This document shows, in pieces, positions 50,388-58,389 of a DNA stretch of 64,000 nucleotides (position 1 is its first letter; every line of letters begins with the position of its first letter). The notes beneath the pieces are model-generated. The model ran no database searches. It was given only the letters and a program-made list of their open reading frames with translations, and was not told the origin of the DNA. The DNA comes from Puniceicoccales bacterium Verruco_02 (GTDB lineage Bacteria; Verrucomicrobiota; Verrucomicrobiia; Opitutales; Oceanipulchritudinaceae): assembly GCA_001604585.1 (NCBI GenBank), contig LVBW01000003.1, positions 520 through 64,519 of the forward strand. Reading direction: 5' to 3'. The translations under genes and the position numbers were made by a program.

Positions 50388-52856
50388 ATGAACGACGACG
50401 ACCAGACCATTCTCGATGCCGGAGACTCCGGGCGGAATGTGCAGTCAGAACTCCACAGCGGAGACAGGCTTGGCGACTACGTCCTTGAGCAAATGCTGGG
50501 CGCGGGCGCGATGGGTCAGGTGTATCTGGCCAGGCAGACATTTCTCGACCAACGCTGCGCCCTGAAGGTGCTGCCGCAGGAACTATCCAAGAGTGCGGAC
50601 TTCACCCGCCGCTTCGCCAGCGAGGGACAGGCCCTAGCGAAGATGGACCACCGCAGCGTCGTGCGCGTCCTCAACGCAGGCGTGGACCGTGGCAGGCACT
50701 TCATAGTGCTGGAGTTTGTAGGCGGAGGAGACCTAGACCAGTACTTGCAGAAGCGGGGCGGAAGGCTGGACGAAAACGAAGCGCGCGAAATACTCGCCCA
50801 GATTCTGGAAGGACTTGCCTATGCGCACGCAAAAGGCATCGTCCACCGCGACCTCAAGCCCGCCAACATCCTGCGCAGTGAGGACGGACGATTCAAGATA
50901 AGCGACTTCGGGCTGGCCCTCGTTATGAACCGCGACTACGTGCAGGACCTAGTCCGGCGCAGCATCAGCGCGGCAGAGCTTGGCGCAGACCCGGACGCAA
51001 CACTCGTGGCCGATGCGCCCGGCGGCGGCGCTGACCCGGACGCCACCCTTGTTGCCGGAGCGCAGCCTCAGCGCAAGGCACCGGCGGACGCCTCCTCGGT
51101 TGTGGGCACAATCGACTACATGAGTCCCGAACTGCGGGCAGGGCGGGCGGCGGACGAACGAAGCGACATTTACGCCCTTGGCGTAATGGCCTACCTCTTC
51201 ATCACCGGGCGCAAGCCCATAGGCAGGGCAAAGGCCGCCAGCGTACTTAGGCCGGGCATATCCCCAAGATGGGACGAGTGGATAGACCGCTGCCTCGAAA
51301 TCGAACCCGCAGACCGCTTCCAGAGCGCGGCGGAAGCCCTCGAAGCCCTCGAAGGCACTGCGGCGCAAGCGGTGCCCATCGCGCCCGCTCCCATCGCTCA
51401 GGCTCCTGTTGAAGAAGTCCGCCCCCCGGCGGCTGATATTCCAGTAGGAAAGCCAGCGCCACAGGCTCCAATACCACAGGCATCCGCCAAGATCCGCCCC
51501 CCTGTTGCAAGCGCCAGCCCTACACCTGCTAAAGCAGCACCCCGGGCCAGCCAGACGCCGATTCCGGCAAATAACGGCGGCAGGCGAGTCTCCATGTGGG
51601 TAATGGCACTTGTCATAATCTGCGCGGCGATAGCCACGGGGCTGCTGATTGGCCGTATGCGGGGCAAGACCGCTTCTCCCGATTCTGTCAAAACCGCTGT
51701 CGATTCCCCGGCCAGACAAACGCCACCCGCGCCAGTGACTGTGCCGGAGACAAAGTCGGCTCCTGCCAAGGCCGAAGAGCCGAAGGAGGCAAAGCCAGCC
51801 CCTGTCCCCAGCCAGCCGCCCGGCAGCTCCCCCTCTTCGCCCGCGCCTGAGCAGAGCGCCGTTAAGGATATAATCACGCCGCCATCTTCACAAACGCCCC
51901 CGCCCAAGGCCGACACTCCAGCGGCAGTCGAGAAGACCCTGCCCGCAGCGGCAAAGCCAAGCACTTCACTGGCAACACCCGCTCCCGAAAAAGCCGCAGA
52001 ACAGACAGCGCCCAAGGTCGAACCCGTTCCTGCGCAGCCTTCCGCCAATAAGGCCGAGTCTCCCTTGCCCCCTGAGCAGAAAAGCCCCGCCAAGACCCCG
52101 TCTATGGCGAAAGCGCCCGCCCTCCCCAGCCCCGGCAGCGATGCAGTCGTGGCCATGCCCGGCGGCTTGAATATCGACATGGTGTGGATTGCCCCCGGTA
52201 GCTTTGCAATGGGCAGCGACGCTCTCGAAGGCGGGCGCGAAAAGGACGAGACCCGACATCAGGTGCGCATCAGCAAGGGCTTCTGGATGGCGCGCACAGA
52301 GCTGACTCAGGCCCAATGGACAGCGATTACAGGCAGTAACCCATCGCGTTTCTCCGACAATGGCGACACCCGCCCCGTAGAAAAGATAAGCTGGCAGGAG
52401 GCCGTGGACTACTGTGCAAGGCTGACAGAATTGACGCGCAAGAGCGGCAGCATACCCGCGGGCTACGCCTTCCGCCTGCCTACGGAGGCCGAGTGGGAAT
52501 ACGCCTGCCGCGCCGGCAGCCCAGCCGCTTATCCCGGCGCGGTGCGCGACATGGCTTGGACAATGGCAAACTCTGCCCGCGGCACCCAGCCTGTGGGGCA
52601 GAAGCAGGCCAACCTATGGGGCCTTTACGACATGCAGGGCAATGTGGCGGAGTGGTGCCTGGACTGGTATTCGCCATACTCGGAACAGGCACAGACGGAC
52701 CCGCAGGGGCCAAAGGATGGCCGCTTCAAGGTGGCCCGTGGCGGTAGCTGGCAGCAGGGCCTGCTCCAGAGTCGCAGTGCATCGCGCAACAGCTTTGCGC
52801 CGGGCGACAGGTGGAACAATCTGGGAATGCGCCTAGTCCTTGCCCCGCAGCAGTAG
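50388..52856 (+). CDS. Ser/Thr protein kinase - TM - Pro/Ala-rich linker - FGE/SUMF1 (formylglycine-generating-enzyme-like) domain fusion
   Basis: Kinase motifs GAGAMGQVY, ALKVL, HRDLKPANIL, SDFGLA, GTIDYMSPE. TM VSMWVMALVIICAAIATGLLIG. C-terminal WIAPGSFAMGS...RVARGGSW...GMRLV. Confidence 0.87.
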   Translation: MNDDDQTILDAGDSGRNVQSELHSGDRLGDYVLEQMLGAGAMGQVYLARQTFLDQRCALKVLPQELSKSADFTRRFASEGQALAKMDHRSVVRVLNAGVDRGRHFIVLEFVGGGDLDQYLQKRGGRLDENEAREILAQILEGLAYAHAKGIVHRDLKPANILRSEDGRFKISDFGLALVMNRDYVQDLVRRSISAAELGADPDATLVADAPGGGADPDATLVAGAQPQRKAPADASSVVGTIDYMSPELRAGRAADERSDIYALGVMAYLFITGRKPIGRAKAASVLRPGISPRWDEWIDRCLEIEPADRFQSAAEALEALEGTAAQAVPIAPAPIAQAPVEEVRPPAADIPVGKPAPQAPIPQASAKIRPPVASASPTPAKAAPRASQTPIPANNGGRRVSMWVMALVIICAAIATGLLIGRMRGKTASPDSVKTAVDSPARQTPPAPVTVPETKSAPAKAEEPKEAKPAPVPSQPPGSSPSSPAPEQSAVKDIITPPSSQTPPPKADTPAAVEKTLPAAAKPSTSLATPAPEKAAEQTAPKVEPVPAQPSANKAESPLPPEQKSPAKTPSMAKAPALPSPGSDAVVAMPGGLNIDMVWIAPGSFAMGSDALEGGREKDETRHQVRISKGFWMARTELTQAQWTAITGSNPSRFSDNGDTRPVEKISWQEAVDYCARLTELTRKSGSIPAGYAFRLPTEAEWEYACRAGSPAAYPGAVRDMAWTMANSARGTQPVGQKQANLWGLYDMQGNVAEWCLDWYSPYSEQAQTDPQGPKDGRFKVARGGSWQQGLLQSRSASRNSFAPGDRWNNLGMRLVLAPQQ

Positions 52857-52870
52857 GCCACAGGCCAGCA

Positions 52871-53743
52871 TCAGAGCACAAGGCCCAGCGCCAGTAGCAG
52901 CGAGTATCCCAGCATGTACAGGGCCGTGCCGCCCAGAGCCTTGTCGAACTCAGCCCTTGTTGCAGCCCTTCGCATAAGCGCATACATCCGTAGCCCGGCA
53001 GGCAAAGAGGCAATGGGCAGCAGTATCGCAGCACCCCGCCCCATATAGAGAAGAAGCAGAGGCACAGCCTGCGCAACAGCCAGCATAAGCAGGTATTCCG
53101 CTGAGCCAAATCCCCGCCCGAAGCGCACGATCAAGGTCCGCTTGCTGGCGGCTCGGTCGCTGTCAATATCGCGGTAGTTATTAACCACCAATATGTTCGT
53201 AGCAAGGGCGCCGGGGGCAAGGGAAAGCAGGAAGGCATCGAGCGTGAAGGAACCTGCCTGCACATAGTAGGTCATCGTTACGGCGACAACGCCAAAGAAG
53301 ATGAGGACGAATATATCCGCCGTGCCATTGTAGGCCAGCGGGGAAGGTCCGCCCGTGTATGCGAGGCCCATCAGCACAGAGGCAAGCCCCACCGCGACGA
53401 GAGGCCAGCCGCCGTAAGGCAGTAAGAGCAGTCCCTCGGCAAAGGCTATCGCAAAGCAGACCATCGTCCCGGCCAGCATCTTGCGAGGCCGTATCATGCC
53501 ACTTGCAACGGCACGGGGCGGGCCTTGCCGTTCTGCGCTGTCGGCCCCTTTCACATAGTCAAAATAGTCGTTTGCGTAATTGGTGCCTATCTGGATAAGC
53601 AGGGCAAAGCCCAGTGCCAGAGCGGCGGGCAGGGCAGCGAATGCACCGTCCGCATGAGCCAGCGCGCTGCCAAGCAGCACCGGAGCCAGCGCGGCAGGCA
53701 GGGTCTTGGGCCGGGCGGCCAGTATCCAAGGGCGCAATGCCAT
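52871..53743 (-). CDS. menA: 1,4-dihydroxy-2-naphthoate polyprenyltransferase (UbiA family)
   Basis: LAARPKTLPAALAPVLLG, NYANDYFDYVKGAD, NNYRDIDSDRAASKRTL, about 9 TM segments. Confidence 0.85.
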   Translation of the reverse strand: MALRPWILAARPKTLPAALAPVLLGSALAHADGAFAALPAALALGFALLIQIGTNYANDYFDYVKGADSAERQGPPRAVASGMIRPRKMLAGTMVCFAIAFAEGLLLLPYGGWPLVAVGLASVLMGLAYTGGPSPLAYNGTADIFVLIFFGVVAVTMTYYVQAGSFTLDAFLLSLAPGALATNILVVNNYRDIDSDRAASKRTLIVRFGRGFGSAEYLLMLAVAQAVPLLLLYMGRGAAILLPIASLPAGLRMYALMRRAATRAEFDKALGGTALYMLGYSLLLALGLVL

Positions 53744-53754
53744 GTTGTGGGAAA

Positions 53755-54855
53755 CTAGATCTGGATTTGTTCCACTATCTCCAGCCCGTGGCCGTCGAGG
53801 GCCACCACCCTGCGCGGACTACTTGAAAGCAGGCGTATCTTCGCAAGGCCCAACGCGGCCAATATCTGTGCGCCAGTGCCGTATCCGCGCATGTCCACGG
53901 GGCTTGGCTGCACACTGCCGGGAGAGTCAGCCGCGGGCACCTGAAGACCCGCGTTTTCGTGGCTGAGGTAAACAAGCACTCCACGCCCCTCCCTAGCTAT
54001 GCGTTCCAAAGCTTTTCGAGTGGAAGAAAGGCCACCGGGCAGGTCTTTCTTTGCGAAAAGATCGCTAAGCAGGTTTTCGGAATGCATACGAACGAGCACG
54101 GGAGCTGCATCCAGTTCGCCCATACTTAGGGCAAAGTGCAGGCGGGCGTCTATACGATTGCGAAATACATGCAGAGTGAAGCTGCCGTATTCGCTTTCAA
54201 AGGGTTCGCGACGCAGTTCCTCCACGAGGCGTTCGCGGCGGGTGCGGTATTCGATGAGGCTGGCAACGCTGACCATCTTCAGGCCGTGGCGGCGGCGATA
54301 CTCCACAAGCTGGGGCAGACGGGCACAGCTTCCGTCATCGTTCAATATCTCGCATATCACAGCGGCCGGGGCAAGACCGGCCAGCCGGGCCAGATCCACG
54401 GCGGCCTCGGTATGCCCCGCCCTCTCCAACACTCCGCCGGGCCTTGCGCGCAGGGGGAACATGTGGCCGGGCTGGGCCAGTTGTGCGGGGTTGGAAGTGG
54501 GGTCGCCCAGCACCTTGGCGGTCTTCCAGCGGTCCATCGCGCTGATGCCCGTTGTGACGCCTTCTGCGGCATCGACGCTTACCGTGAACGCAGTGCCGTG
54601 GCGATCGCGGTTGACCTTGGTCATTTCCGAGAGGCCGAGTCGGGCTAGTTGTTCGCCAGTGAGCGGCACACAGATGAGGCCGCGCGCGTGCAGGAGCATC
54701 ATGTTGATGTGCTCGGGCGCGAGGCGGTCCGTGGCCACGACAAGATCGCCCTCGTTTTCGCGCTTTTCGTCGTCGGTCACGATTATGGGCTTTCCCGCGG
54801 CCATGTCGGCAATGGCCTCTTCGATACTGTCAAAAACGCTCTCTACTCCCTGCAT
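53755..54855 (-). CDS. ribB: 3,4-dihydroxy-2-butanone-4-phosphate synthase fused to a degenerate GTP-cyclohydrolase-II-like domain
   Basis: Start at ATG 54855 (MQGVESVFDSIEEAIADMAAGKPIIVTDDEKRENEGDLV). RibB motifs intact (HGTAFTVSVD, GHTEAAVDLARLAG). The C-terminal RibA-like half lacks the Zn-binding cysteines (see finding). Confidence 0.85.
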   Translation of the reverse strand: MQGVESVFDSIEEAIADMAAGKPIIVTDDEKRENEGDLVVATDRLAPEHINMMLLHARGLICVPLTGEQLARLGLSEMTKVNRDRHGTAFTVSVDAAEGVTTGISAMDRWKTAKVLGDPTSNPAQLAQPGHMFPLRARPGGVLERAGHTEAAVDLARLAGLAPAAVICEILNDDGSCARLPQLVEYRRRHGLKMVSVASLIEYRTRRERLVEELRREPFESEYGSFTLHVFRNRIDARLHFALSMGELDAAPVLVRMHSENLLSDLFAKKDLPGGLSSTRKALERIAREGRGVLVYLSHENAGLQVPAADSPGSVQPSPVDMRGYGTGAQILAALGLAKIRLLSSSPRRVVALDGHGLEIVEQIQI

Positions 54856-55087
54856 GTTAGCTCGTTTCTGACAGCGCAATGACTGCTCTGCAAGCGTGGG
54901 AATAGTCATGATGCGTAATGCGGCAGGCTGCCTATCACGGCATTGTTCGCAATGCTGCGCCATATTGTCTCACTAAAAAATCCCTCACCCTACTCTCGTC
55001 ACAACCGGGACATTGCGGCACAATTCCACAATGGAGCAAATCACGCTTGTACCTTGCATATAATGCACTTACAGAAAGCGGGGCGAA

Positions 55088-55103
55088 TGGCACGAAGCGT
55101 GCA
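55088..55103 (+). promoter_or_regulatory. Candidate sigma-54 (-24/-12) promoter of the hsp20 tandem
   Basis: TGGCACgaagcGTGCA vs consensus TGGCAC-N5-TTGCA, with canonical GG/GC spacing, about 60 nt upstream of ATG 55162. Confidence 0.5.
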
Positions 55104-55161
55104 ACAGTCCTTTTGCAAGCAATTGAACCGGAACAAACACATTAACGAAAGGAGCCTGACA

Positions 55162-55575
55162 ATGAAACTTATACGCTACGACTACCCCGCACTTCCCAGC
55201 GCCCGCGACTTCGACCGCATCTTCAACGAATTTATGGCCGCTGCACCGCGCTTTGGCGGATTGTTCGAGAACGCGGCCGGCCAGCGCATAGCGGCAGACC
55301 TATACGAGGACGAGGGCAACGTGTATGCGCGCTTCGAACTGCCGGGCTTTCGCAAGGAGGAACTGGGCCTTCAGCTTGAGAACTCCGTGCTTACTCTGAA
55401 CGTCGAGCGCAAGGGCGACAAAGAGGGGCGCAGCAGCTTCAGCGCAAGTCGCTCCGTAAGCCTGCCCGACGGCTTGGATGCAGAAAGGGTTAGCGCAAGA
55501 CACGAGGACGGAGTCCTCACCGTAACCTTGCCGAAGAAACCCGAGATCAAGCCACGCAGCATCAAGATCGCGTAA
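55162..55575 (+). CDS. Small heat-shock protein (Hsp20/alpha-crystallin family), copy 1
   Basis: 137 aa from ATG 55162 with AGGAG 8 nt upstream. ADLYEDEGNVYARFELPGFRKEEL...RHEDGVLTVTLPKK alpha-crystallin core. The track ORF from 54943 is over-extended. Confidence 0.85.
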   Translation: MKLIRYDYPALPSARDFDRIFNEFMAAAPRFGGLFENAAGQRIAADLYEDEGNVYARFELPGFRKEELGLQLENSVLTLNVERKGDKEGRSSFSASRSVSLPDGLDAERVSARHEDGVLTVTLPKKPEIKPRSIKIA

Positions 55576-55672
55576 TGCACTTTCCGGCAGGGCCGGACCA
55601 AGGAGGCTCCGGCACCTGCCGCCATTCTACATCACACAAGTAAAACCATTATACAACAAGGATTTAGCAGCA

Positions 55673-56020
55673 ATGAACAATACACTTGAACAGGGCGTCG
55701 CAAGGATGCGCCCCTACTACACAAGCAGCGAAAACGAACACGCCTACGAGGTGAAGGTTTACATGCCCGGTGTCAGCCGCGAAAACATCAGCATCAACCT
55801 TGAAAAGGGCGAACTATCCATCAGCGGCAGCCGCAGCAGCGTACCGGCAGAATGGCGCACCCTTAGCCGAGAGAGCGCAAGCGCCGATTACCAGCTACGG
55901 CTCGTGCTGAATGTGGAAATCGACGGGGACAACATCGGCGCAAGCTGCGAAAACGGCGTTTTGACGCTGAATTTGCCAAAAGCCGAGTCGCTAAAACCTC
56001 GTAAAATAGAAATAAAGTAA
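55673..56020 (+). CDS. Small heat-shock protein (Hsp20 family), copy 2
   Basis: 115 aa: YEVKVYMPGVSRENISINLEKGELSISG...CENGVLTLNLPKAE. Confidence 0.8.
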   Translation: MNNTLEQGVARMRPYYTSSENEHAYEVKVYMPGVSRENISINLEKGELSISGSRSSVPAEWRTLSRESASADYQLRLVLNVEIDGDNIGASCENGVLTLNLPKAESLKPRKIEIK

Positions 56021-56030
56021 GGTCTGGCGA

Positions 56031-56172
56031 CGATTTTGATTAACATTGGGAACAAAATCGTTTTCATGGGACTCACAACTATCGAGTTGTCAGTTGGCTG
56101 ACTTGGGAGAGTCAGCCTGGGAGACAGAGCATATGGGATGCCGGGGGTGTTGGGAGACGCCCCCGGCTTTTT
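56031..56172 (+). ncRNA. Candidate structured RNA with repeated (U)GGGA motifs in hairpin loops and linkers (Csr/Rsm-decoy-like), or a structured 3' UTR
   Basis: Six TGGGA copies within 56047-56155 (two more follow at 56186 and 56192). Hairpins 56031-56060, 56075-56090, 56096-56117 and 56140-56167. The last is followed by TTTTT. Confidence 0.45.
56140..56172 (+). terminator. Rho-independent terminator
   Basis: GCCGGGGGTGT / ACGCCCCCGGC stem (11 bp including one G-U), hexaloop TGGGAG, then TTTTTA. Confidence 0.8.
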
Positions 56173-56288
56173 ATGTACGTGTAATTGGGACTGGGAGCCA
56201 TATACAGCGCATTGCGGCGTGGAATGAATGGGTAAATGCCTGCACGCTCTTGCAAGAATGGGCTTACACAGGCTAGGTTCCATGCATC

Positions 56289-57659
56289 ATGTTCGACCCC
56301 ATCAAGGCCATCATAGACTTCACCGCACACGCCAGTGTTTCAGCAGACCCGGAGGCCAAACCAGGCATCGAGGGAGCCGTCAAATTTGTCGGAAACTTGC
56401 TTGAGAAGGAGCTGGGCTGCACAGTCGAAGTGGCGCCCACGGCCGGGCATCCCGTCGTCATAGCAAAGCGCGAGGGCAGGCCCGAATGGCCGCATGTTGT
56501 CATATACGGACACTACGATGTGCAGCCCGCCGACCCGCTGGAGGAATGGCATACGCCGCCCTTTGAGGGCGTGGTGAAAGATGGGGAGCTTTTTGGCCGC
56601 GGGACGGCCGACGACAAAGGCCCGGTGATGGTCCACATCGCCGCGATGGCCCGCCTTCTCGAGCGCCGCCCCGACCTGCCCCTGCGCGTAACCTTCCTAA
56701 TCGAGGGCGAGGAGGAGATTGGCAGCGTGAACCTCGCCTCGGTCATGGAAGCGCGCAAGGCGGAGCTTTCGGGCGAATTCCTGCTTATGAGCGACACTAC
56801 GGGCATCGGGCGCGACGACGAGTCCATCACCACGGGCCTGCGCGGCATCTCCGCTCTGGAGGTTCGCCTTCGCGGGCCACGGCAGGATCTGCACTCGGGC
56901 TTTCACGGCGGGCCGGTCATGAACCCCGTGCGCGCACTGGCAAAGCTCTGCGCCAGCCTGCACGACGAGGATGGCCGGGTGAACATTCCGGGCTTTTACG
57001 ACGAAGTGGTGCCGCCGCAGGACTGGGAGCGCGAGGAAATGGCCCGCCTCGACCGCGACCCCGAGGATTACCGAAAGCTGCTGGGGGTGCCCGAGCTATG
57101 CCCGCCGCCGGACTTCGGGGTGTTCGAGTCGCGCTGCTTCGGGCCGACTTTGGAGTTCAACGGAATCGGGGGCGGATATCAGGGCAGTGGTTCAAAGACC
57201 ATCATCCCGGCGCGGGCATTTGCAAAGATAAGCTGCCGCCTCGTGCCCAATCAGGACTCGGCAAGGATTCTGGACCTAGTCGAGCAGACTTTGCGCGAGC
57301 GTTGCCCCAAGGGGGTGACAATGGAGGTGGAGCGGCACCACGGAGGCGACCCGTACGTGGTCCTGCCGCCGCATCTTTCGGGCGAGCCTGCCGACACGGC
57401 CAAGGGGCGCGCCTTCAGAGCGGCGGATCTTGCCATTCGCGAGCAGTTCGGTTCCGCACCGCATTACTTGCGCGAGGGCGGGAGCGTGCCGATTTTGAGC
57501 GACATAAAGCGCATTCTGGGCATGGACGCCTTGATGCTCTCGGTGGCCTTGCAGGATTGCAACATGCACAGTCCCAACGAGAAGCTGGATCTCACGGTGT
57601 TTGAGCGTTGCTCAAGGGTGTCGGAGAAAATTCTGGAGGCAGTGGCCGACGGGGCGTAG
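56289..57659 (+). CDS. Peptidase M20 family dipeptidase
   Basis: VVIYGHYDVQPADPLEEWHTPPFEGVVKDGELFGRGTADDKG, EGEEEIGS, and a dimerisation/lid domain. 456 aa. Confidence 0.85.
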   Translation: MFDPIKAIIDFTAHASVSADPEAKPGIEGAVKFVGNLLEKELGCTVEVAPTAGHPVVIAKREGRPEWPHVVIYGHYDVQPADPLEEWHTPPFEGVVKDGELFGRGTADDKGPVMVHIAAMARLLERRPDLPLRVTFLIEGEEEIGSVNLASVMEARKAELSGEFLLMSDTTGIGRDDESITTGLRGISALEVRLRGPRQDLHSGFHGGPVMNPVRALAKLCASLHDEDGRVNIPGFYDEVVPPQDWEREEMARLDRDPEDYRKLLGVPELCPPPDFGVFESRCFGPTLEFNGIGGGYQGSGSKTIIPARAFAKISCRLVPNQDSARILDLVEQTLRERCPKGVTMEVERHHGGDPYVVLPPHLSGEPADTAKGRAFRAADLAIREQFGSAPHYLREGGSVPILSDIKRILGMDALMLSVALQDCNMHSPNEKLDLTVFERCSRVSEKILEAVADGA

Positions 57660-57741
57660 TGGCGTTGAGAGAAGAGCGGGCCTTCCGCTCATTACTGCTC
57701 ATCAAGGCTAGAGCATTTGCCTTTACATAAGTAATAAGCCG

Positions 57742-58389
57742 TCAGAACCATACAGACGGTTTTGTAAAGCTACCCGAAGAGTCTTCCATTGAGTCTGGAA
57801 ACTGAGCCGCCTTAAGCTGCTCCCATCGAACACCGTTCTTGTAGAAACTAGCGGCATCCTGAAGACCTGCACTTGATCGTATGGCCTGCCTACCCGGCCC
57901 CGATAGCCGCTGGGGATTGAGCACCCCGACAGGTTTCTTCAACACTTCCACTACCATTTTGATGGGCGTAATCAGATCGGAATCCCCCGTGACAACTATC
58001 GCGGCATCAAACCTGTTGTAAAACGCGTCAACGAGAAGGTGCGCCCCAAGATTGACGTCGGAACCCTTTTCTTCGGTTTTGAAAACCTCGATTGTACTCG
58101 GAGGAGGGTTGACAACCTTTGCGCGGACCTTCCGGGTCCTGAATATGCCTTCGATAATGACAAAATTCGGCAGGGTACGAAGTGCCCTCCAGTAAACATC
58201 CTGCCGTACAGGTTGATCAGGATCGCCTAGAAGGGCCGAAACTCTGGCCGTGAAGTACTTGGTTGATACGATATGGTTCTTAGGGAACGAATTCTGAACA
58301 AGAGAAACAGGATTCAACCATCGTAGAGGAGTGCCCTTGACCGCCGAAAAATACATATTGAACCCGTCTATGTACAGTATGGTTCTCAT
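57742..58389 (-). CDS. NYN-domain (PIN-like, LabA-type) putative ribonuclease
   Basis: Start at ATG 58389: MRTILYIDGFNMYF...EEKGSDVNLGAHLLVDAF...AAIVVTGDSDLITPIK (the conserved acidic residues of NYN). Confidence 0.75.
   Translation of the reverse strand: MRTILYIDGFNMYFSAVKGTPLRWLNPVSLVQNSFPKNHIVSTKYFTARVSALLGDPDQPVRQDVYWRALRTLPNFVIIEGIFRTRKVRAKVVNPPPSTIEVFKTEEKGSDVNLGAHLLVDAFYNRFDAAIVVTGDSDLITPIKMVVEVLKKPVGVLNPQRLSGPGRQAIRSSAGLQDAASFYKNGVRWEQLKAAQFPDSMEDSSGSFTKPSVWF

Noticed and set aside
54856-55161. Expected FMN (RFN) riboswitch in the leader of the ribB gene
   Set aside because: I reverse-complemented the whole spacer. The conserved RFN blocks (GGGGCAGGGTGAAATTCCC, ACCGGCGGT, AGCCCG, GCCGACAGT-AAAGTCTGGATG) are absent. 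Only vague similarity is present (GCCGCAATG..TCCCGG).
56046-56276. 76-aa Trp-rich ORF (TTG start) covering the hsp20-peptidase spacer
   Set aside because: The Trp codons come from the TGGGA repeats, which occur in all three frames. The ORF runs straight through an intrinsic terminator hairpin and has no ATG or RBS. It is more parsimonious as noncoding RNA.
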